From IMG/VR virus record IMGVR_UViG_3300033076_000437, positions 1 through 31,418 of that record: a stretch of 31,418 nucleotides of DNA; one strand, given 5' to 3'. Made by a program: the position numbers and the translations under genes. Below the pieces are notes generated by a model. The model had not been told where the DNA came from and ran no database searches. It worked only from the letters and a program-made list of their open reading frames with translations. This document shows positions 1-8,173 of the stretch, piece by piece; positions within the stretch are counted from its first letter, which is position 1, and each line of letters begins with the position of its first letter. This DNA comes from a virus. Lineage: Duplodnaviria; Caudoviricetes.

Positions 1-590
1 TGGTGATCAGCCATGTGAAGGTGATATGCAAAGTGGTCGCCTTGTTTCTTAGCAGCTTCAGCAGAACGCTTGTTCTCTTCAGCTTTCTCATAAGCTCCAC
101 TAGCTTCATCTAATTCAACTTCTTCATTGCGAACAAGCTTAGTCATTTGATCTTTAACCTTGTTCATAGCAACTTGATGCTTCTTAACCGCTTCATCATC
201 TCCGCGTTTATTAGCTTCTAAAGCTTTAGCAGTATGATTACTTAACTTCTTACGAAGATCATCCATTGTAGCTTCTTCTAATTCAACGGATTCGTTAACC
301 TTACCAATGTATTCATGGTCGTGAACTTTGTAACCAGCTTTCTTATAGTGGTGAATAGCTGAATCAACTGCGTGTTCACGATCATTAGCCTTAACTTTAA
401 CACGCTTCATGATCTTTTCTTTACGCATCGTACTCATTGTGTGATGCGGATCAGATACAGTTACCATTACGCGATGTGTTTCCATAGTTCCCTCTTTGAT
501 TTCTTCTTTTTTTAAAGCAAGCTTACGCTGAGCAATGCCTGAATGTTTATTCCATAAACGTCTAGTGATGTTTAAGTGCTTGATTCTCAT
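1..590 (-). CDS. Partial (runs off left edge) modular putative internal head protein with repeated ESVELEEA/EEVELDEA linkers
   Basis: Not in the ORF track; translated by hand from ATG 590 (ATGA overlap with upstream stop): MRIKHLNITRRLWNKHSG...KVNESVELEEATMDD...RNEEVELDEASGAYEK..., no stop before position 1. Confidence 0.75.
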   Translation of the reverse strand, partial: MRIKHLNITRRLWNKHSGIAQRKLALKKEEIKEGTMETHRVMVTVSDPHHTMSTMRKEKIMKRVKVKANDREHAVDSAIHHYKKAGYKVHDHEYIGKVNESVELEEATMDDLRKKLSNHTAKALEANKRGDDEAVKKHQVAMNKVKDQMTKLVRNEEVELDEASGAYEKAEENKRSAEAAKKQGDHFAYHLHMADH

Positions 591-1180
591 CTATAGATGT
601 CTTCTACTGTGATATAAATCTTTTGCTTAGTCGATGTATGATAAACTGAGTAAATGTTAGTTCCAGCAAACTGAGCTTGTGGAACACATGATGCTTCATT
701 AACTAAGATCATTGATCCCTTAAATGCAACCACATCACCAGTGATTGGAGAAACAACATGTTCTGCTAATTTATATTTACCTGGAAGCAGATTCTCACCT
801 TTAGTCATCCATGCTTTTGACTCAGATAATGTATTATCTAATTCAACACCGTTCTGATCAAGGTAAGCCTTAAAACCTTCAAACACTGCTTCTTCACTCA
901 TCTTAGTATTTTCTTTGATAAGCCATAAAGCTGCAACATATGACGCAAGCTTTGTTTTACCTAATGGAACTTTATTCAATAAACGTTTAATGTTATAGAC
1001 TAAACGGAAGAATAATGTATATGCATCTTTCTCTTCAGGTGTTCTTGGCTTACGTAATACTTTACCATCTTCATCAACAAGACCAAGCTTAAACGCTTTA
1101 GTCTCATTCCAAGGTGTAACTAACTGTCTTAAAAATCTAAACGTATAGTAGACATCTACTGCGCGTTGTAAAATTGCCAT
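587..1180 (-). CDS. Conserved hypothetical protein of T4-like phages
   Basis: 197-aa ORF; YYTFRFLRQLVTPW...AFKLGLVD pattern recalled from marine/freshwater T4-like phages; tightly packed in late operon. Confidence 0.75.
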   Translation of the reverse strand: MAILQRAVDVYYTFRFLRQLVTPWNETKAFKLGLVDEDGKVLRKPRTPEEKDAYTLFFRLVYNIKRLLNKVPLGKTKLASYVAALWLIKENTKMSEEAVFEGFKAYLDQNGVELDNTLSESKAWMTKGENLLPGKYKLAEHVVSPITGDVVAFKGSMILVNEASCVPQAQFAGTNIYSVYHTSTKQKIYITVEDIYR

Positions 1181-1181
1181 T

Positions 1182-1550
1182 TTAAATTTTCCTTAGTGCC
1201 TCTACAATTTTTTCATCTAGAGGAACTTCAACGTATTGATCTTCTGGCAGGTAATTTAAGTAAACTAGGAATGTCTTCAGAACCGGCCAGTTCTTTTCTT
1301 CTATCTTATAGAACATCATATGATTAGCCGCCTTAATACCAAACACATTATAAAGTACTATCAAGTGGTTTAAGATCAGGCGCTCACTTAGTTCGCCATT
1401 TGTTTCATAACGATTGAATAACCTTTTAAGATATTTGAAGCGTTGTATGTCGTCTTCAAATTCTTCTTGTGTCATACACTGCGGGTTGTTATAATTCTTC
1501 GCAGCAAATAACGTAAAATTCTTACTAGTAAGTTGTTCAAAACTTTTCAT
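1182..1550 (-). CDS. Conserved hypothetical protein of T4-like phages
   Basis: 122 aa; NFTLFAAKNYNNPQC...RFKYLKRLF...LSERLILNH pattern; AGGA SD upstream. Confidence 0.8.
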   Translation of the reverse strand: MKSFEQLTSKNFTLFAAKNYNNPQCMTQEEFEDDIQRFKYLKRLFNRYETNGELSERLILNHLIVLYNVFGIKAANHMMFYKIEEKNWPVLKTFLVYLNYLPEDQYVEVPLDEKIVEALRKI

Positions 1551-1567
1551 AATATCCTAATAAAATG

Positions 1568-1595
1568 ATAACAGAGGGATTCCTCCCTCTGTTAT
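1568..1595 (-). terminator. Perfect 12-bp hairpin with GGAA tetraloop; weak terminator or processing/stability element
   Basis: Minus strand ATAACAGAGGGA-GGAA-TCCCTCTGTTAT followed by CATTTTATT, right after the stop of 1596..1790. Confidence 0.6.
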
Positions 1596-1790
1596 TTACT
1601 CAGTCGCTGGTGGTGCTTCTTCTACTACAGGTGTTTCTTCAACTGTAGTTGTTGCTTTACGAGTTCTCTTCTTAGGAGTTTCTTCTGCAAGTAAACCTTC
1701 AACTGCAACTAATAATTCACCAGAGTTGGGATCAACCCAACCCTTTTCAGTAGCAACTGCATCAGGAGCCCAATGAGGTGCTTGTGCCAT
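1596..1790 (-). CDS. Small hypothetical phage protein
   Basis: 64 aa; APHWAPDAVATEKGWVDPNSGELLV N-terminus; AGGA SD. Confidence 0.7.
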   Translation of the reverse strand: MAQAPHWAPDAVATEKGWVDPNSGELLVAVEGLLAEETPKKRTRKATTTVEETPVVEEAPPATE

Positions 1791-1799
1791 GTTATATCC

Positions 1800-2549
1800 T
1801 TACTTTTGCATTACTTTTTGTTTGAAGGCGCTGTAGCTTTTCTTTTTGCCTTTTGAGGAGCAGCTTGCTTCTTCTGCGACTGCGGTTGCTTCGTCACTGG
1901 CTTCTTCGCTGGAGTCGTCTTCGCCGGCGCTTTCTTTAACTCCGGTTTTGCCTTTACCGTCGTACTTACCTGCACCGTTTCCTTTTGGCTCACTGGCGTG
2001 CTTAAGCTTGTCGCTTCCGGTTTTGGCTCCGTCTGCGGCTGGATCGTCTGTGACTTCGATTGAGTGTTGGTCGAGAAAATCTGCTTCACCCTTTGAATGA
2101 GGTTCCATAACGTCTTGATCATCTTGTTTGTCCTTAATATTAGCATGTTTAATTTCCTTAGCGCCAGTCTTTACGATTTCGCCTTGGACTTCTTCATCCA
2201 ACTCAATGAAAGATTCATAATCAGTGGATTCTTTTTTCTGAGCAGCGTAGTAAGCAGCAAGAGCCATTTGCTTACGCTTCTCTTTAGACTTACCAGCAAA
2301 CTTTGGATTATCCGACTTAACAAAATCACCAATCCACTTGCCAGCATCATCGCTTGCTTTTAAAACTTCAGCGATCATTGCGTCTAATTCTGCTTCGGTT
2401 TCTTCTCCACGTAACTTTTTAAAGTCGTTAGAATCAAGTTTACCGTTCTTGTTTTTATCAAGCTTGTGCTGATTACCCTTAAGGCCTTCAGCTTTCATCT
2501 TCTTATATGTTTCGGAAATTGCATCCGATTTAAAAATACCCCATACCAT
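1800..2549 (-). CDS. Charged low-complexity putative internal head protein
   Basis: 249 aa; LKGNQHKLDKNKNGKLD and FVKSDNPKFAGKSKEKRKQMALAAYY segments; IAE and LDE putative protease sites. Confidence 0.75.
   Translation of the reverse strand: MVWGIFKSDAISETYKKMKAEGLKGNQHKLDKNKNGKLDSNDFKKLRGEETEAELDAMIAEVLKASDDAGKWIGDFVKSDNPKFAGKSKEKRKQMALAAYYAAQKKESTDYESFIELDEEVQGEIVKTGAKEIKHANIKDKQDDQDVMEPHSKGEADFLDQHSIEVTDDPAADGAKTGSDKLKHASEPKGNGAGKYDGKGKTGVKESAGEDDSSEEASDEATAVAEEASCSSKGKKKSYSAFKQKVMQK
1811..2122 (-). CDS. Candidate overprinted Lys/Ala/Pro-rich protein nested out of frame in 1800..2549
   Basis: AAGGA 8 nt before ATG 2122; MIKTLWNLIQRVKQIF...KKAPAKTTPAKKP, 103 aa. Confidence 0.4.
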   Translation of the reverse strand: MIKTLWNLIQRVKQIFSTNTQSKSQTIQPQTEPKPEATSLSTPVSQKETVQVSTTVKAKPELKKAPAKTTPAKKPVTKQPQSQKKQAAPQKAKRKATAPSNKK

Positions 2550-2560
2550 TTTAGTATTCC

Positions 2561-2914
2561 TTATCCTAAAAATTTGTTAAAAAAATCTAAGTGACCAATT
2601 ACGTAGCCAATTACGATAGCTCCACCAATGATCATCCATTTCCACTTCTCTAGAGTATCAACTCTATCTGAAATTTTATTTACGTCCTTTTGGATTTCAT
2701 CTTGGATGTCTTGGTGTTGTTGCTTAGCCGCAGCAGCAGAAGCGTTTAGTTTATTTTCTAAACGCTGATCCATTGCTTCGATCTTTTCAACAATTTCACG
2801 GTTACCTGTCGTAATACGCGAATGAAGTTCTTTAATGTCTTCTCTCACTTCTTTTACGTCGTCCTTAATTGCTTCTACTTGAATTTCCAATTTAGCAATT
2901 CTCTCGATTTCCAT
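2561..2914 (-). CDS. Coiled-coil protein with C-terminal transmembrane helix
   Basis: Heptad-like charged region followed by hydrophobic WKWMIIGGAIVIGYVIG. Confidence 0.75.
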   Translation of the reverse strand: MEIERIAKLEIQVEAIKDDVKEVREDIKELHSRITTGNREIVEKIEAMDQRLENKLNASAAAAKQQHQDIQDEIQKDVNKISDRVDTLEKWKWMIIGGAIVIGYVIGHLDFFNKFLG

Positions 2915-2936
2915 TTGATGTAATACCTTGCTTTAT

Positions 2937-3947
2937 TTATTTCTGCTTCTTTTGCTGTTGCTTTTGTAAAGCAAGACGAGCAAGGTGACGAGCTGTTGAG
3001 TAACCAGAACCATATTTGCCTGCCTTAGCTGAAGCTGGTTTCTTTGGATCTGGATCGAATGGAGGTGTATCATCTTTGTCTTTATCATTAGACTCTAATA
3101 CTACGCTCTCTTCTTCAATAATCTCATAATCTTCTTTTTGTACATCCATCTTTACACGGTTGAATACTGTATCATCACCTGTAACAAGAGAGATAAGATC
3201 AGACATTACACCAAGTAATAATGTACGTTGTTGTACTGTTAGTGCTTTATCAGCCTTGAGTTGTTCTAAAGCAACACGTAATTTGCTTACGTCTGTTTTA
3301 TCAACTAAACCAAGACGAGCCAACATAAGGATACGTTGTTCTTGCTTATCAGTTGCTTCATCTAATTCAACTGACTCATTGAAGTGTGAGTGAGCAACTG
3401 TAGTCTTTTTATTAGAACCCTTATGAGTTAAATGAACTTTGTCATCTTCACGGTGTGCAGTAACATGAGCACCAGTTTCATCTTTGAAAGAAGTCTTTTC
3501 ACCATGCTTTAATTTCTTAATAGCAGCTTGATGTTCTGGATGTAGTGGGTATGAATTTTCTGAACCATGATGTACAGTTACCATCTTACCCCAGCTGTAA
3601 TCATGCTTCTTAACAGTGACAGCTTCTTCAAGGTCTGTAGACTCTTTAACCTTCTTCTTTTTCTTCTCAGCTTCAATCTTGTCTAGTTCTTTCTTTGAAG
3701 GACCAGCAACATAGTCGCTTTCTTTTTCAGATCCACCGTAGCGACCTGGACGAGCTTGGTGACGATATACACCGTCTTTAGCTTCGTACTCATTTAGAGT
3801 ACCTTCTTTAACTTCCTTCTCGTCTTTCTCATCAGTCTCATCATCAGCAATCTTCTTCATCTTATGAACTTTACGTCCAGATGGAGAAAGTTTAAAGTCA
3901 GTCGATGCTACGTAGCGTGCTTCTGCAATCTCTTTGAATGACTTCAT
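2937..3947 (-). CDS. Modular putative internal head protein with CTS-like N-terminus
   Basis: Start moved to ATG 3947 (GGAG SD): MKSFKEIAE; internal ESTDLEEA and ESVELDEA linkers. Confidence 0.75.
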   Translation of the reverse strand: MKSFKEIAEARYVASTDFKLSPSGRKVHKMKKIADDETDEKDEKEVKEGTLNEYEAKDGVYRHQARPGRYGGSEKESDYVAGPSKKELDKIEAEKKKKKVKESTDLEEAVTVKKHDYSWGKMVTVHHGSENSYPLHPEHQAAIKKLKHGEKTSFKDETGAHVTAHREDDKVHLTHKGSNKKTTVAHSHFNESVELDEATDKQEQRILMLARLGLVDKTDVSKLRVALEQLKADKALTVQQRTLLLGVMSDLISLVTGDDTVFNRVKMDVQKEDYEIIEEESVVLESNDKDKDDTPPFDPDPKKPASAKAGKYGSGYSTARHLARLALQKQQQKKQK

Positions 3948-3948
3948 A

Positions 3949-4203
3949 TTAGTCTCCAAATGCTACTGCAACAGTTTTAACACCAGCGCTTGCTTCAAGA
4001 GTTTCGGCTGGTTTTTTACGTACAAAAATAACTTCCCCAGCTTTACATGTAACAGTTCCAACAGTAGTTGAATCTGCAGTTTTCACAGTAAGTAATACTG
4101 CGCTAGCTGTATCATTGAAAACACGAACTAATGTAAACCCTGTATAGTAAGGTCCACTTAGTGTACGTTCAATGTCTAAAAGTGTAAGAATACGATCGCT
4201 CAT
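3949..4203 (-). CDS. Small beta-rich hypothetical phage protein
   Basis: 84-aa ORF filling the gap between late genes; GGGA SD. Confidence 0.7.
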   Translation of the reverse strand: MSDRILTLLDIERTLSGPYYTGFTLVRVFNDTASAVLLTVKTADSTTVGTVTCKAGEVIFVRKKPAETLEASAGVKTVAVAFGD

Positions 4204-4217
4204 TTTTGGCTTCCCAT

Positions 4218-5105
4218 TTAATTTAGTTCTTTAAAAGATTTTAACTTAGTTGAAGTTGTTGACCAATCCATCAGTTTATTTACTGCGGCTTCTTCAATAC
4301 GAACAACGTCCTTCAACCACTTACGTTGTTTTTTACCTTCAAAGGTTTCTATAATCACATAGTTTGATCCGAGGATTTTTACTTCTCCGATCTCTTTCGA
4401 TTCTTTAACTTCAACTACGTCTCCGATGTTGAAGAGCTCTCCGTTGATGTAGGCTTCACGTTCTTTGGACACTGATGGCAGTTGAATGTGTTGTCTAAAG
4501 TTATAGGATTCTTTAAGGCCCATTCCAGAACGGACTGCATTGAACAACTTCTGTGCTTCTCTAAATCCTGAAGGAAGTCCTTTTGCAAACAACTCGAAGT
4601 TATTATCTCTGGCTGCTGCGCGCATTTTGCTTGCAGACATTCCGCTAACATCTTCGGCGTCTGGATCTCTTTCACCAGCAGAGACAACTTGTACGCCTCC
4701 CTCAAAATTGTAGAATCCTGTGGCACGTTTTTCTCCGTTGTACTTGTTCAAAGTTCTTTGGAACTCTTCAACACGATCAGAGCCTACAACGAAAGTGACT
4801 TGTCTATAACCCTGTTCATACAAAGAGTCTAGTGCATCAAAGGCTGTCTTAATTTTTGTATCTGCAATGATAGAACGCGCATGACGTGGAAACATCTTGC
4901 GCATAAATTTAATTTTATCATTGTAGCTTAATGGATTCTTTTTAGCATCTGTAGATTGAGATGCGTAGATACGATACGTACCTTTAGATACTGCATGAAC
5001 TTTCTCAATGAGTTTTTCATGTCCAATAGTAGGAGGATTGAAACGACCAAACGTAAATGTTACGTGGCCTGTTGCCTCCTTCAAATACTCTTTAAAATGT
5101 TTCAT
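4218..5105 (-). CDS. HIGH-superfamily nucleotidyltransferase (cytidylyltransferase/NMNAT-like)
   Basis: FGRFNPPTIGH (HxGH-type) motif, VVGSDR, and GMSASKMR (KMSKS-like) motif. Confidence 0.85.
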   Translation of the reverse strand: MKHFKEYLKEATGHVTFTFGRFNPPTIGHEKLIEKVHAVSKGTYRIYASQSTDAKKNPLSYNDKIKFMRKMFPRHARSIIADTKIKTAFDALDSLYEQGYRQVTFVVGSDRVEEFQRTLNKYNGEKRATGFYNFEGGVQVVSAGERDPDAEDVSGMSASKMRAAARDNNFELFAKGLPSGFREAQKLFNAVRSGMGLKESYNFRQHIQLPSVSKEREAYINGELFNIGDVVEVKESKEIGEVKILGSNYVIIETFEGKKQRKWLKDVVRIEEAAVNKLMDWSTTSTKLKSFKELN

Positions 5106-5108
5106 GTA

Positions 5109-5552
5109 TTATAGAGCTCCTGCTGAAGACGATGAACGGCTCTTTGACTTATGACCAGTCTTACGTGCAATGTCGTCTTGTTTTACACGACGTAGTAATT
5201 TTGTAGAGATGCGTTTAACAGCACCTTTCAGCATTGCTAATTTCTTATCAACCTGTGCTCTTTGAGATAATGGGATTTGTGAGCGTGAACGACCTTGGAA
5301 AAGGCGCTTAATTAATAGAGACTTTGCTCTATTCTTTGCTCGTGCTTTAAGACGTTCAGGTGTTGCTAAACGCTTAGCTTGAATTTTTCTGGCAAGTGCT
5401 ACTCTAGCACGCTTGCGAATGAATGATTGACGCTTTTTAAATCTGGCAGCCGTGTCCAGAATTTCATCCAATTGCTGGAGATCTTCTTCAGTGAGTTCAA
5501 TAGACTCAATGACAGCATCTAACTCTTTAGAATATTCTTTAAACTTTAACAT
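5109..5552 (-). CDS. Acidic N-terminus plus highly basic protein, resembling prohead core protein gp68
   Basis: Start moved to ATG 5552 (after the upstream stop at 5563): MLKFKEY...LDE followed by an Arg/Lys-rich region; same architecture as T4 gp68, homology not proven. Confidence 0.6.
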   Translation of the reverse strand: MLKFKEYSKELDAVIESIELTEEDLQQLDEILDTAARFKKRQSFIRKRARVALARKIQAKRLATPERLKARAKNRAKSLLIKRLFQGRSRSQIPLSQRAQVDKKLAMLKGAVKRISTKLLRRVKQDDIARKTGHKSKSRSSSSAGAL

Positions 5553-5562
5553 GTTTTTCCCA

Positions 5563-6798
5563 TTAACCGCGGCCAGGACTATCCCAACCTTTGATAATAT
5601 CTGGATTGAAGTTGTTCGTACTGAACTCGAGGCGGTCAACCAGTTTAACGGCCCCTCCACCAATCCTATCAATTGCAACAAAACCTTCAGCACCTGTTAC
5701 TTTAAACCCATTGGTTGTCTTAACAAATGTTTTGGTAGTATTGATCTGGTTTAGCTTATTTATAATAATCTCTTTTGCAACTACAACTAACTTCTGTAAT
5801 TCTATGATCTTTTCAAGGTCAGATTGATGTGAATCAATATTGTCTAATACAGCCTGGCGTTTGGCGATCTTAGCTTCTTTTGATTTATCAGTCTTTAACT
5901 TATCAATATCCTTCTGGTACTTATCGTGGATGTATTGAACTAATCCTCTAATATGTTGTCGTCCGGATCCCACTCGTTCTCCACGTCGGATGTAGGTGTT
6001 ATTGTAAGTATTGATAATGGCGTTAAGTTCTGAATCTGATGAGATAAGCTCAAATACTCCTCGTCCAATTGACTGGAATAATTTACCTGCATCGGATAAT
6101 GCTTTCGTGACTTGCTTCGTTTCGCTGGCGGTGAGGTTTGCTCGTCCTCCAACGTCTCGTACTCCAGCTGATACAGCCCACACCTTTGCAGTTTTCTTGA
6201 ACGCTTCAACATCGACGCCATAGGATGCTCTCATTTCCTCAAATGTTTTACCCTCATACGCAGTGTGGAATACAACTCCAATCTCGGCCTTCAATAAGTC
6301 TCCAGCTTCGTGTTTTGGAACTGCATATACAATTGTATTTGGATGGAATGTGATATACTCTTCACCTTCAATAGTTTCGTTTTTCAAATCATCCTTGGTG
6401 AACATAATGTCACCTTGGACAACACCTTTAATGCCTAATAGTTTTAAATTATCAAATGCAATCTTTAACTTCTTTTGGAGATCGCCGTCAGTATCTGCTT
6501 CAATATCCTTATGAGATTTATACACCTTTGGATTCTTATTGAAGATACCTTTTTTAGCGACGAAGAATTTGCCATCAGATGGATCTGTTCCGGCAAACAC
6601 AGCTGGAGCACCGTCCCACTTAACAGTCAGTCCTACTTTAGCCTCAGCCGTTTCATGGCCTGCTAACATATCTCTTAAAGACTGTAGTGCGACGATAGCT
6701 TGTCTAGCTCCATTCACTCCACCATCGAGGATCAAATCTTCGATGTGAGTCATGTGAGTATTCTTTTGTTCTGCTAGGAAAGTTTTAAATGTTCTCAT
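5563..6798 (-). CDS. Conserved T4-like phage protein (DUF6267-like) with ligase/capping-enzyme-type nucleotidyltransferase motifs
   Basis: TVKWDGAP (KxDG, motif I), VQGDIMF (III-like), EGFVAI (IV-like), VKLVDR (V-like). Confidence 0.65.
   Translation of the reverse strand: MRTFKTFLAEQKNTHMTHIEDLILDGGVNGARQAIVALQSLRDMLAGHETAEAKVGLTVKWDGAPAVFAGTDPSDGKFFVAKKGIFNKNPKVYKSHKDIEADTDGDLQKKLKIAFDNLKLLGIKGVVQGDIMFTKDDLKNETIEGEEYITFHPNTIVYAVPKHEAGDLLKAEIGVVFHTAYEGKTFEEMRASYGVDVEAFKKTAKVWAVSAGVRDVGGRANLTASETKQVTKALSDAGKLFQSIGRGVFELISSDSELNAIINTYNNTYIRRGERVGSGRQHIRGLVQYIHDKYQKDIDKLKTDKSKEAKIAKRQAVLDNIDSHQSDLEKIIELQKLVVVAKEIIINKLNQINTTKTFVKTTNGFKVTGAEGFVAIDRIGGGAVKLVDRLEFSTNNFNPDIIKGWDSPGRG
5757..5764 (-). 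promoter_or_regulatory. T4-type late promoter, internal to upstream CDS
   Basis: Exact TATAAATA on minus strand about 200 nt upstream of ATG 5552. Confidence 0.55.
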
Positions 6799-8069
6799 TA
6801 TTCTACTTTTACGAATGGAGCTGATAGGTCAGAAGATGATGAAGCGTATGAAATACATGCTGTAACAAAATCATCTTCAATTTTCTTTGATTTTATAATA
6901 CTAATAAGTTGTACACCAAGGAATTTACTAAAACACCATGATACACCTTTTTCTTCACAGAGATCAATGAATCCTTTGAAGTCAAGTTTATTGGCGTCCT
7001 TTGCGTACTTCTTGTAGTTGTCATAGAACTCTTTATATATTTTCGGATCTGCTTTAGTCAATCCGTCTCTCAATGGTTTAACATCGGTAAGCTGTGGAGC
7101 TTTTAAGCTACGAAGCACCGATTGAATTGGTCCGTAAGATAACTTACCTTGGTTAGCATTCTTACCTTTGATTTCACCTTGGAATGTTTCAGGGAATGTA
7201 CGGAATTGAATCTTACCGTCGACAGTAAAGTAGATATAAACGTCTTTACCACCAAAGAATCCTTGTGTTCCTGTAGTGTAATCATCAAACTTGATAATCT
7301 TTTTCTTACCGCCAAAGTTGTAGTATGATAGATGAGCTTTGTCTTTCATCAACTTTAGTGATACACCAATGATGTCTTTAGACTTTAGATTCTCAATCAT
7401 CATATTATTTAGATCAGCAATATTCTTTGCTTTAGTAAGATCTACTCTAGCACCTGCTGCTGAGACCATGTAGATGTCAGCTGGTGTCCACTTATTCAAG
7501 TTACTGAAAAGCTTTTCTTCTTTGTTTAACTTCTTCCAATGATTCTCAAGTTTGTCAACCCAAGGAGAACCACGATGGAACGTGTATTGCTTACCCTTGA
7601 ATTCTTTATATAACTCTTCAGCACCAAGGATTGAAGATGCTCTCCATTCACCGGTTAACTTATTTTCGATATTACTTATAGTCTCATCAGTGTCTGACTT
7701 AGCGTATGCCTTCTTAATATCTTCTTTAGTGTATTGCTTTGAACCCATCCATTTTGCTTGAGCAAAAACAGCTTGAGCAGACTCACCTAATTTAGTAACG
7801 TCTGCTCCAGCGCCGGATCCACCGCCGCCTCCAAACTCTTTGTTCTTTTTGAGGTCGGTGAATTTGTATGTATTGTTGTCAGTACCAACAAGAATAGACT
7901 TCTTAATGTCCTGCTTTTTAGCTACTTTATTATAGAGATCTTTATCATAGACGAAGACAACCTTCTTCCCATTATTAAGTTCAAATTCTTCTTTACCTTT
8001 GAACTTCTTAAGGAATAGGTCTATACGCCAGTCGTACTTATAAATTTCTTGTTGAGAAAGTGCTGCCAT
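6798..8069 (-). CDS. Putative PD-(D/E)xK-fold nuclease-like protein
   Basis: Start moved to ATG 8069, downstream of the late promoter; motifs GESAQ, WTPADIY, IGVSLK. Confidence 0.55.
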   Translation of the reverse strand: MAALSQQEIYKYDWRIDLFLKKFKGKEEFELNNGKKVVFVYDKDLYNKVAKKQDIKKSILVGTDNNTYKFTDLKKNKEFGGGGGSGAGADVTKLGESAQAVFAQAKWMGSKQYTKEDIKKAYAKSDTDETISNIENKLTGEWRASSILGAEELYKEFKGKQYTFHRGSPWVDKLENHWKKLNKEEKLFSNLNKWTPADIYMVSAAGARVDLTKAKNIADLNNMMIENLKSKDIIGVSLKLMKDKAHLSYYNFGGKKKIIKFDDYTTGTQGFFGGKDVYIYFTVDGKIQFRTFPETFQGEIKGKNANQGKLSYGPIQSVLRSLKAPQLTDVKPLRDGLTKADPKIYKEFYDNYKKYAKDANKLDFKGFIDLCEEKGVSWCFSKFLGVQLISIIKSKKIEDDFVTACISYASSSSDLSAPFVKVE

Positions 8070-8098
8070 TAAAGTCTCTGATTTATACTCGATACTGC

Positions 8099-8106
8099 TA
8101 TTTATA
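8099..8106 (-). promoter_or_regulatory. T4-type late promoter
   Basis: Exact TATAAATA about 30 nt upstream of ATG 8069. Confidence 0.8.
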
Positions 8107-8108
8107 AT

Positions 8109-8136
8109 AAAAAAAGGGCGACACTTACGGCCGCCC
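8109..8136 (-). terminator. Rho-independent terminator
   Basis: Minus strand GGGCGGC-CGTAAGT-GTCGCCC followed by T7. Confidence 0.85.
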
Positions 8137-8173
8137 AAAGGTACTACATCAACAGGAAACTTACTAAAAACTA

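Noticed and set aside
5553-5693. N-terminal extension of the 5109 ORF given by the track
   Set aside because: It overlaps the upstream gene's 3' end; ATG 5552 has an SD and a CTS-like start
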